Shown here: positions 21,508-30,676 of the stretch, in pieces
How positions within the stretch are numbered: position 1 is the first letter of the stretch
How the letters are laid out: every line of letters starts with the position of its first letter
From: Thermoplasmatota archaeon
GTDB lineage: Archaea > Thermoplasmatota > Penumbrarchaeia > Penumbrarchaeales > Penumbrarchaeaceae
NCBI GenBank assembly: GCA_965234725.1
Contig: CBDDUX010000058.1
Location: forward strand, 1 to 46,874
Length of the DNA: 46,874 nucleotides
Reading direction: 5' to 3'
Position numbers and translations under genes: made by a program
The notes under the pieces: generated by a model
What the model was told of the DNA's origin: nothing
Database searches by the model: none
What the model saw: the letters and a program-made list of their open reading frames with translations, nothing else

Positions 21508-21863
21508 CCTCTCAACCTCCTCAACTCATCGGTAGTTGAAACCTTGAACTTCTTGTAGAGCTGCATCAGGAATGCCAGGAGCAAAGCCGTAGTGGCTACT
21601 CCAATCACAATGGATGTCAGCGTCAGAGCATGGGGTGTCGGTAGGGAATACGATGCATCATTGTTCAGTATCATTGATGTGAAGACCGGAGCATGCAGTG
21701 TATCCCCATTCCTGAAAGCAAGTGTGATAAGGAAGAGATTGACACCTGTCTCCACGAGGGTTATCCCCATTGCCAGTTTGATCAGGTTCCTCTTGAAAAG
21801 GATGATGTACAATCCTATTGCCACCAAGGCAACAACCGCGAGGTATGGAACGTTTGCCAGCAT
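21504..21863 (-). CDS. mbhG: Mrp antiporter subunit C-like (MbhG)
   Basis: NLIKLAMGI...GVNLFL, PHALTLTSIVIGVAT. Confidence 0.9.
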   Translation of the reverse strand: MLANVPYLAVVALVAIGLYIILFKRNLIKLAMGITLVETGVNLFLITLAFRNGDTLHAPVFTSMILNNDASYSLPTPHALTLTSIVIGVATTALLLAFLMQLYKKFKVSTTDELRRLRG

Positions 21864-22343
21864 CTATGCATCCTCCTTTCCTTCGAATGCAAAAAGACCC
21901 ATGGTAATGATTATCAGGGTCAATGCTGCGATCACTTCCAGACCCACAGCAATGTTCATGACGGATACCGTTCCACCGGACCAGATCGGAGCCCAGTTTG
22001 CATGGTCCCATCCGGCCATATGTGGGATCCCCTGGTTGAAGATAGGTATATCAGAATCCGAGAGGAAGTTGTAGAACATATATCCTGAGACCAGACCAAG
22101 GATACCGGTCCCGATGAACACCAGAAGTCCTCCGGACTCGATCCCTGAAAGAAGCTTCTTCTTCCATTTAGTGGCACCGAAGGCGATCATATAAAGGGCG
22201 AACAGTGACCCGATGATGGCGCCTCCCTGGAATCCGCCTCCCGGGGTAAGATGTCCATGGAGTATGATGTAAGACCCGAATGCGAACATGGGTGCAAAGG
22301 AGATCTTCACTATCGTCTTTACAACAGGTGACATTTCCTTCAT
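21864..22343 (-). CDS. mbhF: Mrp antiporter subunit B-like (MbhF)
   Basis: HGHLTPGGGFQGG; NIAVGLEV. Confidence 0.9.
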   Translation of the reverse strand: MKEMSPVVKTIVKISFAPMFAFGSYIILHGHLTPGGGFQGGAIIGSLFALYMIAFGATKWKKKLLSGIESGGLLVFIGTGILGLVSGYMFYNFLSDSDIPIFNQGIPHMAGWDHANWAPIWSGGTVSVMNIAVGLEVIAALTLIIITMGLFAFEGKEDA

Positions 22344-22732
22344 TTACCATCACCTCCCTTGCTCTTCGGGGGTAAAGCGACCCGGAGGGTCACCAAAACC
22401 CCGGATACCGCGGCGAATAGAACAGTGGCCTCACCAATGGTATCAAATCCCCTGTAATCGAAGACAACAGCGGTCACTGCGTTATTTGCAGATGGGCCGT
22501 TCTCCTCAACCTTCGAATCATTGGATTCACCATCCTGGGTGTTGGCTAGGAAGAACTCATCCATTTCCGTCCTGTCAATGACATTAGTGGAGTTGGAAGC
22601 TGAATTGTATAATGTCACATCAGAGTCCCCAACGGATCCAGGTTCGCCGAATTCCCTGAGGTTCCATGCACAGAAGGCCAAAAGTCCAATGAGAAGGACC
22701 AGGGCAGCAAGCTTAACGCCTTTGTTGATCAA
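22340..22732 (-). CDS. mbhE: Membrane-bound hydrogenase subunit MbhE
   Basis: NAVTAVVFDYRGFDTIGEATVLF; TTG start after a GGAGG SD. Confidence 0.88.
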   Translation of the reverse strand: MINKGVKLAALVLLIGLLAFCAWNLREFGEPGSVGDSDVTLYNSASNSTNVIDRTEMDEFFLANTQDGESNDSKVEENGPSANNAVTAVVFDYRGFDTIGEATVLFAAVSGVLVTLRVALPPKSKGGDGK

Positions 22733-22998
22733 TACTCCTCCCTCCTTCTCGAACCTTTGATGGCGAAAATGAATACAGCCGTGGTCAAGAGAGCTCCAAC
22801 CGCTGCCTCTGCAATGGCGACGTCAGGAGCCTGCAAGATCAGGAATTCCAGGGAAACCAGAAGAGAACATGCAGCCAGCGCGATGGCTGCAGAGATCAGG
22901 TCCTTGAACTTCACCACCATCATAGCGGACATAACTATCCCCAACAAGACCATGATGTGTGCGGAATCGAATAGAAACGTGGTCCATTCTACCATCAT
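22729..22998 (-). CDS. mbhD: Membrane-bound hydrogenase subunit MbhD (DUF4040-like)
   Basis: LQAPDVAIAEAAVGA. Confidence 0.88.
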   Translation of the reverse strand: MMVEWTTFLFDSAHIMVLLGIVMSAMMVVKFKDLISAAIALAACSLLVSLEFLILQAPDVAIAEAAVGALLTTAVFIFAIKGSRRREEY

Positions 22999-23360
22999 TC
23001 CACCTCCTCGTAATCATCAACAACTGCTTGTTCGGGTTTCACTCCTGTTCTCCTGGCCGCTCTTGCAATGGCATGAGCTCCAGTCGGGTTTGTTACCAGG
23101 AGAGCAAGGAGGGCTATTATCGACATTCCTATGAGATGCATAAAGGACCCGGAGTTGTCACCGTCGACCTCGGTCAACCTCATGATGGCATAGATAATAA
23201 CAGCCAGGATCAGGAAGATGGAACCGAAGGTCGTCGCCTTGGTGGCCGCATGGAGCCTTGTGTAAACATCCGGGAACCTGTGAAGACCGATCACCCCTAT
23301 CACCATGAAGAACATGGAAATGATCAAGATGATCATCATTGCAATGGTCCAACCATCCAT
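22995..23360 (-). CDS. mbhC: Mrp antiporter subunit G-like (MbhC)
   Basis: RFPDVYTRLHAATKATTFG; TNPTGAHAIARAA. Confidence 0.9.
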   Translation of the reverse strand: MDGWTIAMMIILIISMFFMVIGVIGLHRFPDVYTRLHAATKATTFGSIFLILAVIIYAIMRLTEVDGDNSGSFMHLIGMSIIALLALLVTNPTGAHAIARAARRTGVKPEQAVVDDYEEVE

Positions 23361-23648
23361 TCAGTTCGCCTCCTCGTTCTCTTTTGTCTGTTCCATATAT
23401 CTTGCAATGAACATGGTGGCACCGAAGGACAGCAGGGCATAGACCACTGCAATATCAACAAAGACGACCTCTTCGAAATAGGCCGCAAATGCTACCATCA
23501 GCCCGACCACGATCGTGTTCACCGTGTCAAGCGCCACCACTCTATCGGGAGAGGTAGGGCCGAGAAATAACCTCAGGAGTGCCAGTAGGATACCGAAAGC
23601 CAGTACTGCTATCACTATAAGGAGCAGTTCAGAAGGACCGAACGTCAT
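23361..23648 (-). CDS. mbhB: Mrp antiporter subunit F-like (MbhB)
   Basis: GPTSPDRVVALD; DIAVVYALLSF; ATGA overlap with the mbhA stop. Confidence 0.9.
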   Translation of the reverse strand: MTFGPSELLLIVIAVLAFGILLALLRLFLGPTSPDRVVALDTVNTIVVGLMVAFAAYFEEVVFVDIAVVYALLSFGATMFIARYMEQTKENEEAN

Positions 23649-24163
23649 TCCGCAAGCCTCCTTGCCCATTTGGCGAAATCACCGCAGACAGCTTTTATCC
23701 TCTCATCCATTGTTTTGGTGTCCTTCACCTTGATCCAGTGGATGTACATCTCGTCGCGGTCCTCCCAAAGGTCAACCGTCAGGGTCCCGGGTGTCAATGT
23801 GATCGAGTTAGCCAGTATGGTCTTTCCAAGGTTCGTCTTCAGGCCAGGTTCGATCCTTACTATACCTGGTCTGATCTTTCCCGTTATGACTAATATGGCA
23901 ACCTCGATATTCGCTTTTGTCAGGGCTATGAACCATATGGGAATATAGGCCAGGAACAAAGGGAACCTGAGGAACAGTCTGGTGTTTTGAGCCTTTCCGA
24001 GTATGGCACGTGCAATGGCGGCGGCAATGAGGGAAAGGATAACACCGGCAACCAATTCCTGCCAATGGAATAGATAGCCAAAGTTTCCCCCGTCCCCTGT
24101 GCCCAGGACCATCAATAGGTACAGTACCAATACACCGATGAAGGTCATAAAAAAGGTTAACAT
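23645..24163 (-). CDS. mbhA: Mrp antiporter subunit E-like (MbhA)
   Basis: PGIVRI...LANSITLTPGTLTVD; ATG 24163 follows a GGAGG SD. Confidence 0.9.
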   Translation of the reverse strand: MLTFFMTFIGVLVLYLLMVLGTGDGGNFGYLFHWQELVAGVILSLIAAAIARAILGKAQNTRLFLRFPLFLAYIPIWFIALTKANIEVAILVITGKIRPGIVRIEPGLKTNLGKTILANSITLTPGTLTVDLWEDRDEMYIHWIKVKDTKTMDERIKAVCGDFAKWARRLAE

Positions 24164-24193
24164 GTCATGGCCTCCTAGTCGAGATTCTATATA

Positions 24194-24229
24194 GGAACCA
24201 GGTTCCAAATACGGTTTTACTATTTAAAA
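24194..24229 (-). promoter_or_regulatory. mbh operon promoter: TATA box plus a palindromic candidate operator
   Basis: TTTAAATA on the - strand at 24221-24228; perfect palindrome GGAACC-A-GGTTCC at 24194-24206, near the expected transcription start. Confidence 0.5.
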
Positions 24230-24359
24230 TTAAAAGTATGTGGCTGTTGTGTGATCCATATGCACTTTAGTAAATGGATCCTATTGAAAATGTCAGGGTC
24301 CTCTTCATAGGAAGAGCGACTAGTATATAGGTCCCGATATGAAGACAAGGGCATGTGTC

Positions 24360-27083
24360 TTATTCACCTTGAACCTCTTCAAGGACGACGATCACGCCTT
24401 CGACATCCAGATGGTTCACCATCCTTCCCTGAAATGTCCATCTCCTCACGATCTCCACAAGGTCCTTTGTGAGAGTCACCTGTTCACCACCATCACCAGG
24501 ATCAATGTTGATGAAACCCTCTCCTTCCATTGTTGTTGCAAGTTCCAATGATTTCTCTGGGCTGGTAATATAGGAGACCACTGAATTCATCCGATCTTTC
24601 AACCTGGGACCAAGCTCCCGGAATAATGGAGAGAGACCCACTATCTCAAGGGAAAGGTCCTTTGAGGTCTCAATGGTTGCATCCTGGGCCTTGATCGTGG
24701 TCTTGATGTCAACCAGCGAGGGAGTTAGCTCTTCAGGTGAATCTGTAATAAGCCTTATGGGACCCATGGTTGCTCCAAGCGGTATCTTGTTCTCACTCTT
24801 GTACCTCCTGATCGCAGCAACCACGTCAACTGCTTTCTGACCGATCCTTGAACCATCTGCGTCTTTCAGGACCTGTGAAGGCCATTCTGAAATATGGATG
24901 GATCTCTCCGGGGAGAAGGTCCTGAAATTGGTTTGGAAGACCTCTTCTGAAATATGAGGAAGGAATGGTGCAAGAAGCTTGGGTATTCCCAGACCAAGAT
25001 TGAAGGCAGTATAGATCGTCCCTGGATCACCATCCTTGAGGCGCCCCTTGACGATCTCCAAATAGTGATCTGCAACCTCCAACCACATGAAATCCACCAC
25101 TGATTTCACTGCTTTATCGAACTGATATGTTTCGCATGCAAGGGTTGCCTCCTTGACAACCTCCGAATATCTGTGAAGGATCCACCTGTCCACCGGACAC
25201 AGATAGGTCTTGTCCCGTCTAACATTTTCTAAGATCCCCAACAGCTCGGTATTCTTCAAGCCATTGAAGGACTGGGAAAGGAGCTTTTCCATGTTGTACA
25301 ATTTCCTGATGATCTGGGCTCCCCTTTTAACGTCCTTGACCCTGAAAGGGTGGTCCTTTCCAAGAGTACAGGTAGCTGCATAGTATCTGATCGGGTCCGC
25401 ACCAAATTCCCTGTGGAAATCAAGAGGGTCCACAGCATTTCCCTTAGAAGCATGCATGGGAGTTCCATCAGGTGCAAGGATGAAACCTCCCATCATTATT
25501 GTGTCCCAGGGCCTTTTACCTGTAAGCTTCTTTCCCCTCACAAGGGAATAGAATGCCCACGTCCTGATTATATCATGTGATTGTGGTCTGAGGGACATGG
25601 GGTATAGATCTTCGAACAGTTTTTCATTCCTTAGCCAGAAGGAGTTGTAAAGCGGTGTAATGGATGAATCCATCCATGTATCGAACACCTCCTCGGAACC
25701 CTTGAGCTCACCTGCGCAATTTGGACATGATTCCAATGGTGGAGGATCTATCGTGGGATCGACGTAGCAGTCCACCTCCTGGGGAAGAACGGGATTTCCG
25801 CATTCCGTACACTCCCAGACCGGAATGGGTGTAGCGAAATACCTCTGTCTGGAAATGACCCAGTCCCAGGATAGGGAATCCACCCATTCCCTGAGACGTA
25901 CCTTCATGAACTCCGGCCACCAGGTGATCTCGTCAGCCATCTCCTTGACCTCGTCCTTCATATCCATTATCTTCACGAACCACTGTGGCACCTGAAGGAA
26001 TTCTATCGTAGTGTGGCACCTCCAGCAGGTACCAACATTCTGGGGATTGTCCCGTTGGGAGACAAGGATCCCATCGGACCTCATATCATCGATTATCGCC
26101 TGTCTTGCCTCCTTGATGTCCATTCCCTCATACTTCCCCGCAAGTGAGGTCATCTTCCCATGCTCATCGATCCCCTTCAGGAGTTCGAGCCCGTATTTGA
26201 AGACCCACCTGAGGTCCTCCTTATCTCCAATGGTGCATATCATCACCACCCCGCTGCCATATTCCCTGTCGACAACCTCATCGGCAACCACAGGTACTTT
26301 CCTGTTGAATACAGGGGTTATCATGTTCCTACCTACAAGGTCTTTGAACCTGTCATCATCCGGATGGACAGCCACAAGCTGACATGTGCAGAGCAGCTCA
26401 GGTCGAGTGGTGGCTATCTCGATCTTCTTTTCTGGTTCGTCCTCCATCGAGAAGAGGATCGTGTTCAATTTTGTAACGTTGTCCTGGTATTCCACCTCGG
26501 ATTCAGCCAGTGCAGTTCCGCATCTAGGACACCAATTGACAGGGTGGTTTGCTTTGTATATCCTGCCCTGTTCGAACAGACGGAGGAACGATATCTGGGT
26601 CAACCTCCTGTAATATTTAGCATCTGTCTGGTAATAGACAGAGGGGTCCATTGACTCTCCGAATATCTTGAACTGCCTCTTCATCTCATCAATATTGGAA
26701 TTAGCGAACTCCTCGCAGAGCTTGATGAACTCATGCCTGTCGTACTCCCTCATCTTGATACCGTATTTCTTCTCTACTCTGACCTCGATCGGCATGCCGT
26801 TGACATCGAAACAGAGGGGAAACATGACGTTATATCCCCTCATCCTCTTGTACCTGGCCACGAAATCTATGTGGGTGTAATGCACTGCATGTCCGGCATG
26901 AAGAGGACCTGAAGCATATCTCGGTGGATTGTCAATGGTGAAGGGTTTCCTATCTGATGATGGATCGAACCTGTATACCTCTTCCTCTTCCCAGAAATCC
27001 TGCCATCTCTTCTCAATGGCGTGGATATCGAAATCATTTCCCCCGCTTTCAGGACTTCCCTTGCTGGATCCAACATCTGTCAT
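24360..27083 (-). CDS. valS: Valyl-tRNA synthetase (archaeal type)
   Basis: IDNPPRYASGPLHAGH (HIGH), WCPRCGTALAESEVEY, ATTRPELL, DWVISRQR, DTWMDSS, RPQSHDIIRTWAFY; PMHAS at the KMSKS position. Confidence 0.93.
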   Translation of the reverse strand: MTDVGSSKGSPESGGNDFDIHAIEKRWQDFWEEEEVYRFDPSSDRKPFTIDNPPRYASGPLHAGHAVHYTHIDFVARYKRMRGYNVMFPLCFDVNGMPIEVRVEKKYGIKMREYDRHEFIKLCEEFANSNIDEMKRQFKIFGESMDPSVYYQTDAKYYRRLTQISFLRLFEQGRIYKANHPVNWCPRCGTALAESEVEYQDNVTKLNTILFSMEDEPEKKIEIATTRPELLCTCQLVAVHPDDDRFKDLVGRNMITPVFNRKVPVVADEVVDREYGSGVVMICTIGDKEDLRWVFKYGLELLKGIDEHGKMTSLAGKYEGMDIKEARQAIIDDMRSDGILVSQRDNPQNVGTCWRCHTTIEFLQVPQWFVKIMDMKDEVKEMADEITWWPEFMKVRLREWVDSLSWDWVISRQRYFATPIPVWECTECGNPVLPQEVDCYVDPTIDPPPLESCPNCAGELKGSEEVFDTWMDSSITPLYNSFWLRNEKLFEDLYPMSLRPQSHDIIRTWAFYSLVRGKKLTGKRPWDTIMMGGFILAPDGTPMHASKGNAVDPLDFHREFGADPIRYYAATCTLGKDHPFRVKDVKRGAQIIRKLYNMEKLLSQSFNGLKNTELLGILENVRRDKTYLCPVDRWILHRYSEVVKEATLACETYQFDKAVKSVVDFMWLEVADHYLEIVKGRLKDGDPGTIYTAFNLGLGIPKLLAPFLPHISEEVFQTNFRTFSPERSIHISEWPSQVLKDADGSRIGQKAVDVVAAIRRYKSENKIPLGATMGPIRLITDSPEELTPSLVDIKTTIKAQDATIETSKDLSLEIVGLSPLFRELGPRLKDRMNSVVSYITSPEKSLELATTMEGEGFINIDPGDGGEQVTLTKDLVEIVRRWTFQGRMVNHLDVEGVIVVLEEVQGE

Positions 27084-27215
27084 TTCTTCTTCCCCTGGTC
27101 AGGACCACCTGGGACCCCGCTCCTAGAAATCCTGATGATATTTAAGTGAAATCCAAGCAAGGGCGAGTACGGTCCGACCGATAGGTTAAAACCTGAAAGA
27201 AAGATACATGCTGCG

Positions 27216-28094
27216 GTGAAGGCTGGAATAACTTCGATCCTCACTGCCGGGGCGGCCATTATTCTCCTTTTATTGGTAATGCCGGCCACAGCCGTCGTCG
27301 ATCAGGAGGAGTGGCTGTTCAAGGACAGGACCGAGGATGTTGTGCGAACCTCTGAAAAGAGGGACCTGTCAAGGATGATAGACCTCGAGGAGGTTGAAGG
27401 AGAGGACAGTGAGATCCTCCAGGTGAACCAGATCGATATCAGATCCCTTTCTATCAGAGGTAATGACACCTACATATCCTTCGTCATAGAGACGGTGGGA
27501 GATATCTCAAATCAGAAAGGCATATCCTACATGATCGCCGGTTATGCGTTGAAGGACCCAAGGTCCACTGACCCCTTCGATTTCCGACTGGTCTATGGTT
27601 CAGGGAATGCCACACATTTCAATTTGGAAGAAGGAAAGCTTGTTCCAGGGGACAATATCTCATCTTTCAGTGTAAACGGATCGAAACTGACGTTCACCAT
27701 GAACAGGGGGAAGTTCATCCTCTCTGACAGGGAGGATCCATACGTCGTTGCGGCAATTACAGTTCTTGATCCGGGTCCGGGAGAGGACCTTCACATAGAT
27801 TATGTGATCTCAAAAAAAGAGAATGGAAGCAAGGACCCACTTATAGATGAGACCACCCTGATCATGTTAGAGTTCATCATCTTGGGTTTCGCTTTTGTTA
27901 CCGTTATCATCGTTTGGAACGTTTATATGAAGAGGAAGGGCGAGGAGAACCAGGGTGGGATCTGTCCAAGATGCGAATCCAGGTTAGACCAGAACCTGGA
28001 TTTCTGTCCTTCATGTGGAACGTTCATCCGCGGCCCCAATGCGAAGTCAAAGAAGATCAAACCCGGCATCGTTCCACCTCCGGATGAGGAATGA
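27216..28094 (+). CDS. Secreted/membrane protein with a C-terminal zinc ribbon
   Basis: Signal peptide, TM helix, then CPRC...FCPSCG. Confidence 0.75.
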   Translation: MKAGITSILTAGAAIILLLLVMPATAVVDQEEWLFKDRTEDVVRTSEKRDLSRMIDLEEVEGEDSEILQVNQIDIRSLSIRGNDTYISFVIETVGDISNQKGISYMIAGYALKDPRSTDPFDFRLVYGSGNATHFNLEEGKLVPGDNISSFSVNGSKLTFTMNRGKFILSDREDPYVVAAITVLDPGPGEDLHIDYVISKKENGSKDPLIDETTLIMLEFIILGFAFVTVIIVWNVYMKRKGEENQGGICPRCESRLDQNLDFCPSCGTFIRGPNAKSKKIKPGIVPPPDEE

Positions 28095-28101
28095 TACAGG
28101 G

Positions 28102-28620
28102 TCAAACAAACTCCTTTTGGACCTCAACTACTTCCCTGGAATCCCTGCATTCCATATATGCTTCAAGGGGTTCAAGATTTGTCTCTGTGAACCTGACCCC
28201 CCAGGTATAGATCGAAAGCATGTCCCTGGCAATTTCCCTCTCACCCAAAATGTAGTAAGCAGCAGCAAGAGCCTCCAGGGTTGATAATTCCCCCCATTTA
28301 CCGAACTTTGTAGGATTGGCTGCAAGGAGCATTGGGAGTGCTCTACCCTCGGTCCTTCTGGAGGTCTTTAGGGACCCAAAGACCGATTCAGCTTCCTCCC
28401 AGGAACAGTCCACGGCAACGATCCCTTTTGCCATGACCAGACCCCGATCCTTCGGTGAGAATGCTTTATCAGAGAAAGGATCCAAAAGGATTGGGCCGAA
28501 GGGAACCTTTTCGATCTTGTCAACGAGCCTGGCTTTCCCAAATCTTGCCAGTTTTCTTGCAGTACATTTTCTCGGATCGTCCTGGGAAAGGTGAAGTATC
28601 AATGGCAGGGGAATTCTCAT
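28102..28620 (-). CDS. tsr3: 16S rRNA aminocarboxypropyltransferase Tsr3 (DUF367)
   Basis: QDDPRKCTARKL, DCSW, RALPMLLAANP, LSTLEA, WG..F...N. Confidence 0.9.
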   Translation of the reverse strand: MRIPLPLILHLSQDDPRKCTARKLARFGKARLVDKIEKVPFGPILLDPFSDKAFSPKDRGLVMAKGIVAVDCSWEEAESVFGSLKTSRRTEGRALPMLLAANPTKFGKWGELSTLEALAAAYYILGEREIARDMLSIYTWGVRFTETNLEPLEAYMECRDSREVVEVQKEFV

Positions 28621-29450
28621 CCCCCTTCCTCCACCACCTGGACCATCCCTCCATCGATCAGTATCTTTGCAACCTGGGCCGGAAGTGTTGCAACATCTTC
28701 CCTTGCTAGCTTCACTGTCTTGTTATCAGGACCAACCAAAGGGCCAACCTCTTTGAGAGCCCTTACAACGATCCAACCATCAAATCCAGTAGTTGATCCT
28801 CTCTGTTTAACATCATCGGAAGGTGGAAGATCCAGATTCGGTCCACTCCGTTTACCTGCCTTTTCACCATCTGACCTGACCTCGGAACTCAGTTCTTCCA
28901 GATCAGCCAGGGTCTTATCCATCATGGGAGCTTTGGTTGGACCCGATGGCTTCTCACCCTCTGTTTCATTTTCAATGAAATCATCTGTGGATGTGTTGAT
29001 CCCGGTCTCCGGTCTTATGACAGGGGGTCTCTTATGCATCCTGTCATAGCGGAGGATCCGGTCCCTTATGTCCTCAAGCTCGACCTTTAGTGAGAAATAG
29101 AGCTCTTCTTCCTCGTGTATCATTTCATCCGTGGACCTGTTGATCCCACGAGAGGAATTGAGGGCTGCCAATACAATCTTTCTTTCTCTTGTTGAATAGA
29201 CCCTCTCGAGTATATCCTTTGACCGGCGATATTCTTCGGAGATCCTCATATACTTGTCATCAGGTTCCTTTGACCCTTCAGATGTACAGTTCTCCATCTC
29301 GACCAGTAATGATTTGAGGTAGCTTGCGGCCCTCTCGTAGAACTGGTCCGGTAGTCTTGTCAATGAGGTTGAACCCCTTTCAGCGGAATGTACCTCACCA
29401 AGCTCATTGAAGGTGATTGACTTCTCACCTTTTTGACCCCTGCCTGACAT
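28617..29450 (-). CDS. ginS: DNA replication GINS15-type subunit
   Basis: N-terminal ER...LTRLPDQFYE...RERKIV A-domain, a linker, and a C-terminal B-domain (LAREDVATLPAQVAKILI); close to priS. Confidence 0.78.
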   Translation of the reverse strand: MSGRGQKGEKSITFNELGEVHSAERGSTSLTRLPDQFYERAASYLKSLLVEMENCTSEGSKEPDDKYMRISEEYRRSKDILERVYSTRERKIVLAALNSSRGINRSTDEMIHEEEELYFSLKVELEDIRDRILRYDRMHKRPPVIRPETGINTSTDDFIENETEGEKPSGPTKAPMMDKTLADLEELSSEVRSDGEKAGKRSGPNLDLPPSDDVKQRGSTTGFDGWIVVRALKEVGPLVGPDNKTVKLAREDVATLPAQVAKILIDGGMVQVVEEGG

Positions 29451-29542
29451 CTCGGTCCATCAATCGCTTCTTTTAAGATATAGGTGTCGATTGGCAGGGT
29501 TGCACCGTGTTACTTTTATAATACGGTTAACAATCAGGCACC

Positions 29543-30676
29543 ATGAGATCTTACTGGCCATTATTGATCTCCATAATATTGACGCTTGGCGCATTTATGG
29601 TCCTGCCCAGCGGATCCTGTGCTGTAGAAGCATCCCTGGAAGATGATGATTATTATATCTCAGTTGACCCGTCAGACCCGTATCAGGGATACCTGGAGAT
29701 CCAAGGGGAGATTGACCCTGGGGATCTCGGAACTTTGGAAACGGTGACCGTCGCTCTTTCAGTGGTGATACATGAACTGAGATCAGGAGAGGCCACAGGA
29801 AGGAACTGGCAAGCTGAGGTGACCTACGACGATTCAGCAGTGGGAACCAGTTCGAAAGTTTTCAAAAGAGGAGATGGTCCAGAATCTTTTACAGTTCTCC
29901 TGGACCCTGCTATCTACGATCCCAATACGGCCGATGGGACCATACCTGTCCCTCCTGGTCTTTCTGAAGATACCGAGGGAAGGGTCATAGTCACAGCAGA
30001 ATTCAATGGTGTTGGAGTTCCCTCAGGTGATACAACTGTGCAAGCGACAATATATCCTGAACTTTATCATCTGGTGAACCTTTCAACCCCAGAGAACGAT
30101 GTCAGCATGGAGGCCGGTGACAGGCTTATCTATTCCATTTCTCTGAAGAATGCAGGCAATATGGTGGAAACAGTATACCTGGAAGTCCCTACACTCCAGG
30201 AACTGGACGATCTGGACTTTGAGACATCCCTTACAGAAGAGAAGTTCACCTCAGTGGAACCCGGACAGACTGTGAATTCCACACTTACAATAAAGGCTCC
30301 ACTTGAGATAAAGAGAACCGATACGATCGATCTGGTCATCAAATCCCGGACTGAAGCTCTTGATCCCAATACACTTGAACCGGCATCATCTCAGGAGATC
30401 AGGATCAAAGTAGAACTGATCAAATCCCAAATTGAGAAACCGGACCCCACCGACGATGACGATACAACCGATGATGATGACGATTTCGAACCAAACCCAT
30501 CACCTGGAACGGATCCCATTGCAACGGGAGGGGAGACTAACACATGGGTAGTTGTGATCATCGTTGGATTTATCCTTGTGGCGATCCTGATAATCGCTAT
30601 TGTCTTCTTCAGGAAAGGAGGGGGCGGGGAGGATGACGATATCTCCGAGGCCCATGATTCCACTTTCAGGATATGA
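29543..30676 (+). CDS. Secreted, membrane-anchored acidic protein with an Ig-like domain
   Basis: Signal peptide; LKNAGN...VEPGQT Ig/CARDB-like segment; Asp-rich linker DDDDTTDDDDD; C-terminal TM helix followed by RK. Confidence 0.75.
   Translation: MRSYWPLLISIILTLGAFMVLPSGSCAVEASLEDDDYYISVDPSDPYQGYLEIQGEIDPGDLGTLETVTVALSVVIHELRSGEATGRNWQAEVTYDDSAVGTSSKVFKRGDGPESFTVLLDPAIYDPNTADGTIPVPPGLSEDTEGRVIVTAEFNGVGVPSGDTTVQATIYPELYHLVNLSTPENDVSMEAGDRLIYSISLKNAGNMVETVYLEVPTLQELDDLDFETSLTEEKFTSVEPGQTVNSTLTIKAPLEIKRTDTIDLVIKSRTEALDPNTLEPASSQEIRIKVELIKSQIEKPDPTDDDDTTDDDDDFEPNPSPGTDPIATGGETNTWVVVIIVGFILVAILIIAIVFFRKGGGGEDDDISEAHDSTFRI

Noticed and set aside
15699..24163. Mbx/MBS sulfane reductase or complex I interpretation
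   Set aside because: The large subunit keeps both CxxC Ni-binding motifs and there is a single large antiporter subunit, as in Mbh.
30451..30484. GAC/GAT trinucleotide-like repeat
   Set aside because: Simply encodes an Asp-rich linker.
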